A stretch of 64,000 nucleotides of DNA from the NCBI RefSeq assembly GCF_001194135.2, contig NC_069006.1:16601763-16665762 (forward strand), given 5' to 3'. The translations under genes and the position numbers were made by a program. This DNA comes from Octopus bimaculoides. Its lineage: Eukaryota. Below are positions 1-12,830 of the stretch, piece by piece (within the stretch, counting starts at the first letter, position 1; every line of letters starts with the position of its first letter). The notes beneath the pieces were generated by a model. The model searched no databases. It was given only the letters and a program-made list of their open reading frames with translations, and was not told where the DNA came from.

Positions 1-23
1 AATATTATCTGCTAAGAAGTAGT

Positions 24-115
24 ACCACCACCACCACTGCTACTACTACTACTAATAATAATAATAATAATAATAATGATGATGATGATGATGATGATGA
101 TGATAATAATAATAA
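24..115. repeat. Compound trinucleotide microsatellite (ACC)(ACT)(AAT)(GAT); many other (CA), (TA), (GA), (AAT) and (CAT) tracts throughout
   Basis: Direct inspection. Confidence 0.95.
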
Positions 116-117
116 TT

Positions 118-330
118 GGTGCACTTTGCACTACATCCAAACTGCTAGTTAAGAGATGAAAGATATCGGAACTGAGACTTGCATTGTCAACTGGTAGAAC
201 AATGCAATCTTGTAGTCTACAAGAATCCTAAGAAAGATTTTTCAGATCCGAAGAGACTTGTTCTCACTAAACCTCAAGACAACATCCCTGCTAGCTAATA
301 CAGCACAACAACAACAATAATAATAATGGA
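118..330 (+). mobile_element. R4/Dong-type non-LTR retrotransposon 3' end (degenerate) in an (AAT)n tract
   Basis: GALCTTSK...RILRKIF resembles the REL-endonuclease C-terminus VGALG...ARILRKVL; (AAT)n on both sides. Confidence 0.55.
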
Positions 331-714
331 GCAACTCTAGAATATCTCAAAAAATTACCAGAAATAATCATTTTTAATTCTGTCTCATTTGTTTTTTTAG
401 TTTAACTGCTTCTCTAATATACAGAAATACATACACAATAAAATAATATATGCGTTTATACATACACACAATGTGTGTGTGATTTGGGTAGAAAAAGTAT
501 GTAGTTTTTATTCTGTTCTACACTGGGTCCTAAGAAATATTAATTGGAATTTTCCCTCTAAAAAAGTGTTTGAGATAAAAAAAAAAATAACAATAGCAAC
601 AATAATAACAGTGTTAATAACAAAAATTACATTTTGTGTTTTGCAATAGTGGAATGAATAAACAATTAAATTTTCTTACCAGGAGATGATGGAGATAGAT
701 GACTGACAATGCTG

Positions 715-764
<50 letters not shown>

Positions 765-1633
765 GACGGATAATAAACAGAAAGCAAGGCAGGTTTGATG
801 TGAACCCCCACTATCACCACCACCACCACCACCACCACCACCACCACTAGTTCCTGGATGAGGACAGTCAGACAGTTTACTACTGGCACAGCTGCTCTCT
901 TTATCTAAACATTCCTACATTTATACACACTAACATACACACACACACACTGTGTTTATCTAACAGTGGTGTGAGAGGATGAGAATGAATGAGATGGCAG
1001 TGGTGTTAGCGGTATTGTTGTTATTGTTTAACCCTAGGCAAGTTGTGGTGGAGCAGATCTGTGGCCAAACATATTCACTTTTATATTTTTTCTTTTTTAT
1101 CCAGTGTATATTTTTTGGTAAGACAGTATAATGTAATCTAAGGGAGATTCGGCTGTTATTTCTAGCAAGTCCGGTGACTAGTGTTGGTGGTGGAATTCTT
1201 TCAGGGTTTGAACTGAGCGGAGACCAGCTTATCCAGAAGAGATGTAATTACATAGCAAACTGCCCAGCGTGACACAACAAAGGTCTCCCGCCTCATGTGT
1301 GTAATCTGTGTCTGTTCATATTCACTGTCCACTCTGCGGATACTCCACCGGATAATGTCTCTGCAGCTTAATTACAGTAGATGAGGCTGGCTTGTTAAGA
1401 CACACGGACAAGCTGGTTTATAATAGGGTATTTTTTTCAAGTGTGCTGGAGAAGAAACAGGGAGAAGAAATGAGCAGGGGATACTGCTGCTACAGCTACT
1501 ACTACCGCTGTAGTAGTTGCTGCCACTGCCCCAAACATCCTACTGCTGCTATTAGCAGTTGTGGTAGTTGTACTTAGTATCTTCTACAGCTGTGGTTCAT
1601 TCAGAGATCAAATCACCCTGCACTTACTCTAGC

Positions 1634-1671
<38 letters not shown>

Positions 1672-1865
1672 TCTCATCTACTGGAGAGATAAGAGTCATG
1701 TCACTGCTGATTAAAGGATGTATCTGTGTGCCTATCTATTTGTTTATATATCTTTGTATCTATCAAACTAGACACTATCCACCTCTACCAATGAATGCAT
1801 GTAAGCACCATATATTTATTATAATGGATATCCATCCATTTACCTATCTAACTAGCTATCTATCT

Positions 1866-1900
<35 letters not shown>

Positions 1901-3589
1901 CATTATATATAATCCATTGACATTTACATATATACATACACGCATATACACAGCTTGATATGTGTGTGTTTGTGTATGTGTGCATTCCTGTCTGTGTGTG
2001 TGTGTATATATATATATATCAATCCATCTGTCAGCCTATGATAAACTGTATGTACAAAATAAGAGAAAGAGAAGAGACAGAGTGAAGTTTTAAGCTCCGG
2101 TAAGTGAAAACACACAAACACACAATTTTTTATTTGGTTTCTCTTTCAATATGGTGTACAAAAACTTGTGTGTGTGCGTGAGTGAGTATGCACATGCAAG
2201 TGTGAATGCATATACACACGCAGAGGGTATCCCTACATTATATTGATGCAGCCAGCTAGGGATGGTTGCCATAGCAGCAGGAAGACCTGGAATTCCTCAA
2301 TATTACACACACACACACACACACGCATGCACAGTCACACAATATCCCTGGAGCTCAGCTGCTTCTGGGGTTCTGTCAGCCCCTCACGTTCCACTCCTGT
2401 CCTACCTAATACTGACCAGTTGATGCTAAGAATCTAACATCGCTACACTACTGCTACAGGATAAGACTCAAGTGATGGTGATGGTGATGGTGATGGTTGT
2501 GGCGGTGATGGGGGTTGTGAATGTTGTGGGGTTGGTGGTAGAAGCGATGGTAGTAATGATGGTTGTTGTTATTCTTTGGAGTTGTCTTTAGCTAGCAATA
2601 TTGGAATATTCAAAATAAAACATTTTTTGCTCCCGACATTCACCGCTGCTGCCGCCGCCGCCACCACCACCACCACCGCCGCCGCCGCCGTCGCCACTAC
2701 TCCTCCACATTTTGTAAAGCATAAAAGAATTTTATAATCCTGATAATGACAGACCTTTTATCAATGTGTGAAGAAACAGATAACACCTCCACCTCTCTCT
2801 CTCTCACACACACACACATACATACATACACACCATCACAGACATATATCAACACCTTCAATACTTATACACAACTCCTTCACTGCATACACAAACACAC
2901 ACACACACACCCCTTAACTACACTCACACTTCTGCCACACACACACACACACATACTTCCATCGTTACACACACCACCTACATAAACCACTGCCACCTCA
3001 CATCATCCCCACTGCAACTACCACCACCACCACCACTACCTACATGGAAAAATAACCCAACACAACCTCCAGTATACCAACAATTGCCATTATCCAAAAC
3101 TACTACCAACACCACAACCCTACCAAACCACTATTATGATTGCCTTACAACCACTATCACCCATTTAAGGAATGACAAAAAACAAAAACAATGAAGGCAA
3201 TACCTCAATCCCCACCAACACACACAACCAATCTGCCTCCCTCTGTCACCTATATTCCCTCAACATTGAAATAATGACAATTATTCAATGAATAACGCTA
3301 ATGAACTTTTTCAGATTTTAATTATTTAATCAATAAGAAAACCACTCCACTCCTTCCCATAAACGCTATTTTCTTTTGAAGCCATCAAGAATGAACCTGA
3401 TCAGTGAAATCACTTTTAACACCAAGAATATCAAAAGTCTGACAAGAATTGTTCATACCTTTGATTTGTGTTTCTTAAATTTCTGACATGAAACCATGGC
3501 TATTTTAAGCAAACTGGCCCTAGATTTGAAGTTTTTTTATATATATCCATCCATTCAGTTTCTCCCATTTATATTCCTAGGAGGGTTGT

Positions 3590-3790
3590 GGAAGTAGAGT
3601 CACCAGGCACTTCCTCCACAGAATCCTATCAGAAGCAACTCTCGTTATTACACTTCCCAGTTGGATTCTCAAGTGTGACCAACTGAGGCGAAAGATATTA
3701 ATCCAACCATCTTCTTCTTGCTCTACCACTAAGTCTCCCACCAGTTTGTTTGGCTTTAGAATCCATTCTGTAACTCACCTCTTTGACATT
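3590..3790 (-). mobile_element. Degenerate RTE-like LINE 3' fragment
   Basis: GRARRRWLD and TRVASDRILWR remnants in shifted frames. Confidence 0.45.
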
Positions 3791-4079
3791 CTAACTGAAA
3801 ACATTCTAACGTATTTGAAATGCTGAGTGACTCACACAGTAAAATACATCACAATTCTACTGAGATACAATTAAAAAAAAAGGTCTTTATATATCAGTTC
3901 ATTTACTTAGTGGGAGTTGACAGGTTTTTTGGTTTTTTTTGGACATTCAACTGTATGGGATTGTTTCTTTATTGTGTGATATGATATAATTTTCTTATTC
4001 AAATAATATTTATCATTTTTTTTTTTGCCTTTAACCCTCCAACACGGAGTATAGGCCACTTATAATTGAATTCCATGTC

Positions 4080-4400
4080 GCATAATTTTTCGCTTCTGTA
4101 CTTATACTCTGCTAAGAATATCCCCCTTTCTCTAGTTCCTTTTGTGTTGATCTACGCCATGAGTTCTTAGGCCTACCCCTCTTTCTATATCCATCCGGAT
4201 TCCACTGTAAAGCACTTTTCGCTACATTTGGTGTGTCTTTTCTAATTGTGCTACCAATCCACTTCCCCTTTTTTTATCAGAGTGAAACATATTTTGAAAT
4301 TAGCTTGAGATACTCCTATACTGGTTTCAGACAATCAGGTTAGGCAATACTAGAATATCATGTGATGACAATTTTCTTTAATTTCTAACTTTTCTTCCTT
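4080..4400 (-). mobile_element. RTE-clade LINE C-terminal fragment
   Basis: WIGSTIRKDTPNVAKSALQWNPDGYRKRGRPKNSWRRSTQKELE on the minus strand. Confidence 0.8.
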
Positions 4401-5818
4401 CTACTATATTTTTCAATGCAGAGAAACTATATTAACAATAACTTTATTATATTTTATAATCAATATTAGTCATTATATTATATACTATTCTACGATGAAA
4501 ATTCTCTTTAGTTTTCTAAATCGCTTTCAACATAATACATATGAGATTACTGTATACAGTGCTCAGATGCAATGCATTCTATTCGGAAAAATGAAAAGGA
4601 CAGAAACCAACAATAAGTCAAGTAAGAAAAGACAGCATTGACAGCTAAAAGTGCATGCAAAGTATGCAGGATAAAACACAGGAAGGTGGAACATTAAATG
4701 AGTCATAAAGTGAAAAGGGCAGTATAGGTACAGTGTTGACAAATTTCAAGAAAAAACATGTCCAAAAGTTGTGTGTGCTGTGCTGCTTTTTTTTTTTTAC
4801 TTTATAAACATGATAACAGGTGGCAGAGATATTGAATTCAAAAAGTGGCCAAAGTTGTTTTTGGAAAGATGGTGGATAATTTCATAGGCTTCTAACAAGT
4901 TAGTTGCTAGATGTTGAAGCTTCAGTGTGTGTTGATGCCCAGAGAAGCAAGACTTTCTAGACATGGTAAGTGACAGGTAGAGGGTGTTCACCTGGTTTCA
5001 TGTCACTGGACAGCTTCTAGTAGATTGATGTTCTGGACAAAATGCAGGTTCCAGACTGGAAATGCAAACCCTAAGTGTGGAAATAACATTGCCATATACA
5101 ACTTTAAATAGACATCTGGTGACCAGCTAGCAGACATCTTACTGAGTAATGCAAAAATACCTTAGGCCTTTATAGTTTTGCCAGAATTTCTCTCAACATT
5201 TTCTCTCCAGCATTGACTTTATTCCATACAATTCATCATTGCATGATGGAACATACAGTGTGGTTATTAGTTAGGCTGAGGCTGGAGAAACAGATCTGTA
5301 GCTTGCACTCAGTTGTTTGGTTAACTACCAATAGATAATGTAGTGAGGGATACACCATGTGTAAACAAAAAAGAAGCAGGCCACACATTTGATTGAAAGT
5401 GTGCTGGATTGAGACTGATTGGAGACTTTGCATCAAGGTACATCAAATAAAATAAGATAATGTAGTCCTGGATGCACCTGTACCTAAATAAAAGACACTA
5501 CATGCATAAATGCACATACACACACAATTTACTATAGACAGATGAATGGATATATCTGCACACAAACATACATGCATGAAGCTCAATAGATATACACTTA
5601 GCTCGATAGTTAGATATATGGATGGATGACAGATGGATGGGCGTACACACACTCACTAACTCATCCAAAGCGCTACGATAATGGAGTTTATGACAGTGCC
5701 CTTCCTTGCTAATCATTGCTGAAGAGGAATGCGCCTTTATGGATGGTAGTGATAAAATGCCAGGTAGCAGAAAGAGACCAAAGTCAGTACCATATAAGAG
5801 CAGCAGCAAGAATGTTAT

Positions 5819-6501
5819 AGGGCTTTCCTATAAGGTGTTATCCACCCCTGATTGGAACTCTCCCGTATGACATGTACGCATGCTCAGTGACTTGCTTTAA
5901 CAGTTGCAATCAGCTGAATGCACATTGCCAGTGACATTTGACATAATTACCCACACTCTGTGGTCAGGATTCTTTTTTTGGTTTGATGTCGGTATCGAAG
6001 GGATTACCAGACACTGGACAATACAGTGAGAGCAGCTTTCACTCACATTGTGGTATTCGATGCTGTGTACATGTCTGTCATGGTAAAATATGCCACTCCT
6101 TAACTGTTGCTTTGCTTTCATCCTGTGAAATTCGGCAACTTACAAAGATCTTTAGGTCAGGCAATACTTCACCGAGAGGAGATATAAGCTTCTGCTTATT
6201 CCTGCTTGAAGTATCGTCCGATGAATTTACTTTGTTGACATTCTTCATCGACAGAATCTTTATCCCTTTCAACCTTTCAGTCAAGTCCGCCTTTCTTCCA
6301 CTAACATACTGTCCATATAATCTTAACTATTTCTTTAACTCAGGCACAGTAAGTACTTCGAAAAGCTGAATCATCAAGCTGCTTTATATCCATGATAAGA
6401 CGTAAAACAATAACAATGGCGTGGGTTAGCCTCCGGAAGTTTAATTATCTACATGGAGCGCCGCCTAGCCAAGGGAGATAACCTACTTATAGGAAAGCCC
6501 T
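5819..6501 (-). mobile_element. Non-autonomous TIR DNA transposon (ISL2EU/PHIS-like) carrying a decayed SAP + SWIM zinc-finger ORF
   Basis: Inverted termini agggctttcctataag / cttataggaaagccct flanked by AT on both sides; minus-strand translation LTVPELKK*LRLYGQYVSGRKADLTERLKG (SAP) and DHRVWVIMSNVTGNVHSADCNC...ACVHV (SWIM CxC..CxH, frameshifted). Confidence 0.8.
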
Positions 6502-7088
6502 ATAGAAAAGATGTGTGAGACTGACCTCCAGTCAGTGAATCTGGTTCTTCAGTTCATGAGACGACTATTTCCTGTCAGGCTTCAGTTTATCATGTCTATG
6601 AAGACAAGTGAAGTCTGTAAAATTGGTCAGTTTGACCCTTGAGGCATTGTTTCTCTCATATTCAAGTGTATATGGACATAGGAAATAACCTGTACATATT
6701 AACTCTTTAACACATGTTAAAAGGGTTAATAAGTATCAGTATGCATTGCTTACAACTAAGCATATATAATATGAAGTAGTTCAATATAAACTGCCTGAAT
6801 AGGATGGTCATGCCTGGAGCATCTTTAATTATAGGTTTGTTCGATCAAAGTTGACAGTTGCTAAACAATGCTAAAAACCCCATCACCAAAATTCAGTCAA
6901 TCTGAGAATCTCTAACACAGTTAATTAAAACAAGTAAATTATAATTTTGATTTCAGAATAAGAAAAACAACAGCAGTAACACCTTGAAAAGGGTCAAAGG
7001 AATTACCTGTTTTCCTCTGAATGTGCCATTACACACAAAAAAAAAAAAAGATAGACAGAAACAAGAAGGCAGGAAAGAGGGCACTTAC

Positions 7089-7217
7089 TTTAAGTTTTTC
7101 TAACTTCTTACGTCCTAGGTAACCTCGGCAGCAGGCTTGGAATTTGGTAATTGTTCCTGTGATCTTCTCATCACGAGCCACTTCAAGGCTAGTAAGTGAT
7201 CCAGCACGGAAGAAAAC
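7089..7217 (-). CDS. MYO18A: Myosin XVIII exon (converter end + IQ): [43 protein letters not shown]
   Basis: atattacag| acceptor, AAA|gtaagt donor, 129 nt, phase 0-0; VFFRAG plus IQ-like [12 protein letters not shown]; not in the ORF track. I could not find the next exon before position 1. Confidence 0.95.
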
Positions 7218-7513
7218 CTGTAATATTGAAAATGATATATGAAATTAAGAAATAAGTCTATCTGCTGAGTTCATAAGGAGAGGGGACAAAATGCAATAAA
7301 CCTAACCATTATTGAAATCACTGTTATTAACCCTTTTGANNNNNNNNNNGAAGTGTAGATTTTTTTCAAAATTAACTGGAATATATAATAGAAAACAGTG
7401 TGTTTAAATAGACACATGGTTACAGAAGGGTGAAATCTTCAAAATTGCTGATGTGATATTGCATACAAACATATGTATAAATTGAGAGAGAGAGATTATA
7501 ACATAGGTATAAA

Positions 7514-7572
<59 letters not shown>

Positions 7573-10037
7573 ATTATAACAACACCCTGTAGCTTGGCTG
7601 CTAGTTCATTGAACCATAAAAGGATGAAATACTGAAAATGCCCTCAGCAAAATTTGAACTTACAATGTAAAGGTATGTAACTAAATACCAGGCATTTTGT
7701 CTGACACTAATGATATTGAAAATTCATTACCAGTGTAATAATGATATCAAGAGCCCTTAGAATTTTAAGGGCCAGAAGTGCTTAGATCTGATTTTATGAA
7801 GAAGGATGCATAAAGTGAATATCTTCTTGGTAAGACAGTGCATTCAGAAAGGTGCTAAATGAGCAGAGACATTGCAGAGTTAAAGGGGTTCTTTATTTTA
7901 TCTTGTCAAGGGCATGACAACCTGTCTAGTCTAGCTCCATGATAAAATGCACCCAGACCATTTTGTAAAGTGATAGGTGTTAAGAAGGACATCTAACTTT
8001 AGAAACCAGATAAAAATGAACTTGAATGTGCTTGTGAGACATAGTGAGACTGTGCATAGGTGGGCAGTAAATACAAATAAGAACTGATTCAGGATAACCC
8101 ATCCAGCCCATGCCAGTATGAGAAGCAGATGGATGATGATGACGATAAGACTTTCATAGAAAACAATCCTCTAAACATCGTTTGGGTGCACCAAAATGAG
8201 GTACATGTTTTGCCCCAGAAACACAATGATATACCTGTCATGGATTTGAACTCATGGTCTCTAAGCAAACAGGCCAGTTCTCCAGAACTCTCTCGCTTCT
8301 CTAATCAGATAACGCCAGTTCAAATATGTGTATTGCATTTCTTTGACATAGATACAAAGAGAATGTTTGAAGGAAAGGCATAGCATCAATATATTAGCAG
8401 TACTTATTTTATTGGTCCCAAGGAGGTGAAGAGGCAAAGATCACCAGAGTGAGATTTGAACTCAGAATCATGATAGATGAAATTCTGTGTGGTGAATCAT
8501 TTTCTCTTTGCACTTGCCCCACCCACAGTCTACTGACAGAGATGAATACATTTTTGTATATCAGGTCTCAGGCCACAAATTTATAGGGAAAGGTGATAGT
8601 GGATTTAATCAGCTCTCGTATATAATAGGTATTTAAGGTATTCATCAACTCAAGAGAGTCTCTACATAGGCTCTCAGATGGGTAGAAATAACAGCCAAAT
8701 CTTTTTTTTTTTAAATCAACGCACCATCTAAACAAAAAGGACATACTATAACAATGTAAGCGAAGCTATAAGACCTTTAACCATAGACCTGCTTAATTAG
8801 AGCAGACCGGGGGGGGGGGGCTAAAAAGCAACCAACAATTAAATATACTGCTACATTTTGTAAAGATAATATAAGTCTATCAGATATGGTCTGTATTATC
8901 AAAGAAATAGTTTATAATGAGATTCATAAAAAAAAATTTTTTAAAAAAAAAGAGAGAGAGAAAGCTAAGTTTGTGTGTCATGAGGAATGGCTAAGTTCTG
9001 ATGTTTCAGATAAGGTTTTCTTTGAAGAAGAAACGATGGGAAATATATTTAAAATCTGTGAATGAATTTTAGGAATTCAGGAAGAATAGATAAGAGGAAA
9101 TGACCAGCCGTAAACTAGATGTTCTTTTTATAATCTTTCTTCCTGTCATTTGGATTAATTCGTCCATTGGCAAATATCTCGCCCTTACATTTCCTGGGGG
9201 GGATCAACTTACTCCACAAACTTCCAGATCAATTCTTCTTGAGTTTTCGCCAAAGAAAGGGTCCTGTTTTGCTTTACCTAGAACATATCTCGCATCCCAC
9301 AAGACACGAACTATGTGGAGTTTTAAAGCCAACTAACTTTAGGCATTTTTTATCAAACCTATGCATACTGGGAAAAGGAATTACGATTTATAGCAATGTG
9401 TTACGTAAATCATATTGACAATAAGCTCACAGTAACAAAAAAGAGAAGATAGAAATTACAGGGTTCAAGTCAGATTTCATAGATTTCTGGAAGAAGATCA
9501 AAATAAATCTCAAATAATAAGGAGAATATCAAACTAAAAGTCCGTTGATAAAGGGAAGTAAGTCCAGTTAAGGGAGGTAACTAATACAGACTAAAATCAG
9601 GTGGAAAACTGTCAAATGGTCTTAGAAACGCTTTCTCTCGTGGAAACGATAGAAATAATTTAATTTCGTTTTTGTTTGGGTTATGTGACTGTCAAAGAAG
9701 CTAACCTTGGCTGATAAATACAGAGGGACGAGCAATTGGATGGCTAAAGTAAATAAAATGTAATAGGCTTGTGATATCTATATATGACTGAAATTGAAAG
9801 GGTTTTAAAAGAAATTAAGGGAAGAGGCTTTTATTGAGCCAAATGACCCAACCAAGACGAGATGATTTAGTGTCAGTTCTCTGCATGTCCCTTTTGTCAT
9901 CAAACAAGTTTGAATGTTGCAAGATATCGTTTTCCTCAGACGTGTATCACTGAAATTTTGTAAATAATGTAAGTTGACGAAAAATATTACACTAACGCAC
10001 GCGCACACAGAAACACACACACACACACACACACCAT

Positions 10038-10396
10038 CATCGTAACACTCCGTCGGTTACGACGACGAGGGTTCCAGTTGAACCGATCAACGGAGCAAGC
10101 CTGCTTGTGAAGTTAACGTGCAAGTGGCTGAGCACTCCACAGACACGTGTACCCTTAACGTAGTTCTCGGGGAGATTCAGCGTGATGTATGACCCTGTTA
10201 AAATACAGTTACAACAGAAACAGGAAGAAAGAGTGAGAGAAAGTTGTGGTGAAAGAATACAGCAGGGTTCGCCACCACCCGCTGCGGGAGCCTCGTGGGG
10301 CATTTCGGTATTTTCGCCCAATAAACACTTACAACGCCCGGTCTGGGAATCGAAACCGTAAGTCCGCTGCCCTAATCACTGGGCCATTGCGCCTCC
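10038..10396 (-). mobile_element. tRNA-derived SINE family C
   Basis: Head ggaggcgcaatggcccagtgattagggcagcggac...ggtttcgattccc; homologous to 59024-59415. Confidence 0.85.
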
Positions 10397-10929
10397 ACAC
10401 ACACCATCATAAATGTAGTACATCTAGTATACAATAATGTGCGCTCGAGCGTGTGTTTGTGTGTAGTATACCTTCTGTATGAAAATAGATGTACGATAGC
10501 TACTTTTATGTTTAGAGCTCCATGCAGATTATAATATTCCAGTCTGCTACTATCACTGTGGTTAAATAATTTCTTTACTAAGTGGTATTGAGCTACAGAG
10601 CAAATGTTGGAGATAAATACAAGTTTATATTCTTAGTTCCTACGTACGTTTCACCACTATTGTTGTTTGGAACTCTGCATTGGGTATTCCAACCGGATTT
10701 GGATGCTGAACCAGAAGGAACGACCAGGAAACACTTTATTACATTAAGTCACAGAGAACTAATGTCGAGTATTGGGTAAGGTGGTGAGGTATTTAAAAAA
10801 TATTTTGAAAGGGAAAATCGGAGAAAAGCTGGCTCAGAAAGAAAAAGAAGAAAAAAAATGAGTGAAGAGAGAAGAGAGAAAATTAGTGAGGAAACTAGGA
10901 AGAGAGAGAATGGGAAAAGGAGGAAAAGG

Positions 10930-11435
10930 GAACGAAAATAATGTGGATAAGGTGCTGATGCATGATCTTCAAATGTTGAGCCTCATGGAAACAATGACAA
11001 GTAACTGAGACTACAAGTCATACTCAAATATGCCTTGTTTGAGACCTGTCAAGCCAAAGTTGTGGCCGATGCCAATGCTGTCTAAACTGGAAGCCATGCT
11101 GGTGGCATATAAAAAGCACCGTTTGAGCATTGGGTCTAATGGAGACAGTGATAGGTGACCAATACCTTTGGCAATATACTGTGCTTGTGCAGACCTGTCA
11201 AGCCAAGTGAGATTGTAGTTGAGGCCGGTGTCACGTCAATGGCGCCTGTGCTGGTTGCACATAAAAAGCACCCACTACACTCTTAGAGTGGTTGGTGTTA
11301 GGAAGGGCATCCAGCCTTAGAAACCTTCCCAAATTAGATTGGAACCTGGTGCAGCTCCCTGGCTTATCAGTTTTCAGTCAAACCATCTAACCCATGCCAG
11401 CATGGAAAGCAGATGTTAAACAATGATGACGATAA
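10930..11435 (+). mobile_element. RTE-family 3' UTR/tail repeat copy
   Basis: Shares aaaagcacccactacactct...ggaagggcatccagc...acccatgccagcatggaaagc tail with the 18245-18830 copy. Confidence 0.75.
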
Positions 11436-12429
11436 TATGTGTGTGTGTGTGTGTTTGATACCCAACACCACTTGACAACTGGTGTTGGTGTGTTTACATC
11501 CTTGTAACTTACTGCTTTGGCAAAAGAGACCAATAGAATAAGTACCAGGCTTTAAAAAGAAAAAAAAAGCACTGGGGACGATTCATTCAACTAAAATTCG
11601 AGGTGGTACCCCAGCATGGCCACAGTCTAAATATTGAAATGGATGTAATATGTGTGTGTGCGTGTGTGTATTGCACATGATAGGCTTCTACCAACTCTAC
11701 TCACAAAGCTGTGATCAGCCTAAAGCTATAGTAGAAGACACTTGCCAAAGGTGTCACACAAAGGAACTGAACTTGAAACCACATGGTTAGGAACCAAACT
11801 TTTTAATCAGACTGCCATACCTTTACCTATATATGCACATATAACACATACACACAAATTACTGGTGCATTAAGAGTGTTTTGTTTCAATGCTATTATGT
11901 TCTTCTATAGTGTTGGCTAAAATCGTTCTGTCTGTCTGTCTCTCTCTCTCTCTATATATATACATACATACACTTTATTATACGTAATAACATTGACACA
12001 GAACAATAAGCCAGTAACTTATTAATTGAACCAGCTGCCAAGAATGCATTATACATATATATATATATATACAGCAGGTTATTAGTATTGCTATGCCAAA
12101 GAGAAATATTAATATATTATCATCATCAACATTATCATTTAACGTCTATCTTTTATGCTGGCATGGGTTGGATGATCTGACGGGAGCTGGGAAGCCAGAG
12201 AATTGTGTGTGTGTATGTGTGCATACAGGTTTACTAGCTATGTCTCTATGGATAGTTAAAAAGATTTATTTAGTCACTCATGAAATCCCAATTTTGCCAT
12301 CGCAATAATATTGTATATGAAGTTATGGTGTTCACATCTGCCTGTACATATAGTGCTGGTTAAAACTGTATTCTCCCACTCTCTTATAGAATATATTATA
12401 TATTTATTTATATGTGTGTGTGTGTGTGT

Positions 12430-12830
12430 ATTCTTTTCTTTTACTTGTTTCAGTGATTTGACAGCGACCATGCTGGAGCACTGCCATGAAGGCTTTTAGT
12501 TGAACAAGTCAACCCCAGGACTTATTTTTTTAAGCCCAGTACTTATTCTATTGGTCTTTTTTGCTGAACTGCTAAGTTAAGGGGACATTAACACACCAAC
12601 ACTGATTGTCAAGTGATGATGAAGGGGGACAAACACAGACACATGCACAGATATATATATATATATATATATATGAACAATGGGCTTCTTTCAGTTTCCG
12701 TCTCCCAAATCCACTCACAAGGCTTTGGTTTGGCTCAAGGCTGTAGTAGAAGACACTTTCCCAAAGTGCCATGCAGTGGGACTGAACCCATGTGGTTGGG
12801 AAGCAAGCTTCTTACCACACACACATGCCT
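12430..12830 (-). mobile_element. SINE family A, diverged copy
   Basis: Family head, core and tail recognisable. Confidence 0.8.

Noticed and set aside
1628-1680. (GA)n-containing exon-like segment with a gtaagt donor
   Set aside because: Microsatellite-derived, wrong phase and no homology.
2461-3160. Gly-, His- and Thr-rich short ORFs
   Set aside because: Low-complexity trinucleotide tracts with no supporting splice structure.
5983-6369. 128-aa plus-strand ORF
   Set aside because: It is the antisense shadow of the SAP/SWIM pseudo-ORF in the TIR element.
6698-6730. 33-bp near-palindrome ttaac(t/c)c...gggttaa
   Set aside because: Probably a collapsed TTAA-type MITE remnant; too short to classify.
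9213-9367. Minus-strand exon-like segment (cccag|T ATG...; donors at 9278 and 9213)
   Set aside because: The ATG frame gives a phase-2 donor or a stop, so it cannot join VFFRAG in frame. It may be a UTR or cryptic exon but is unsupported.
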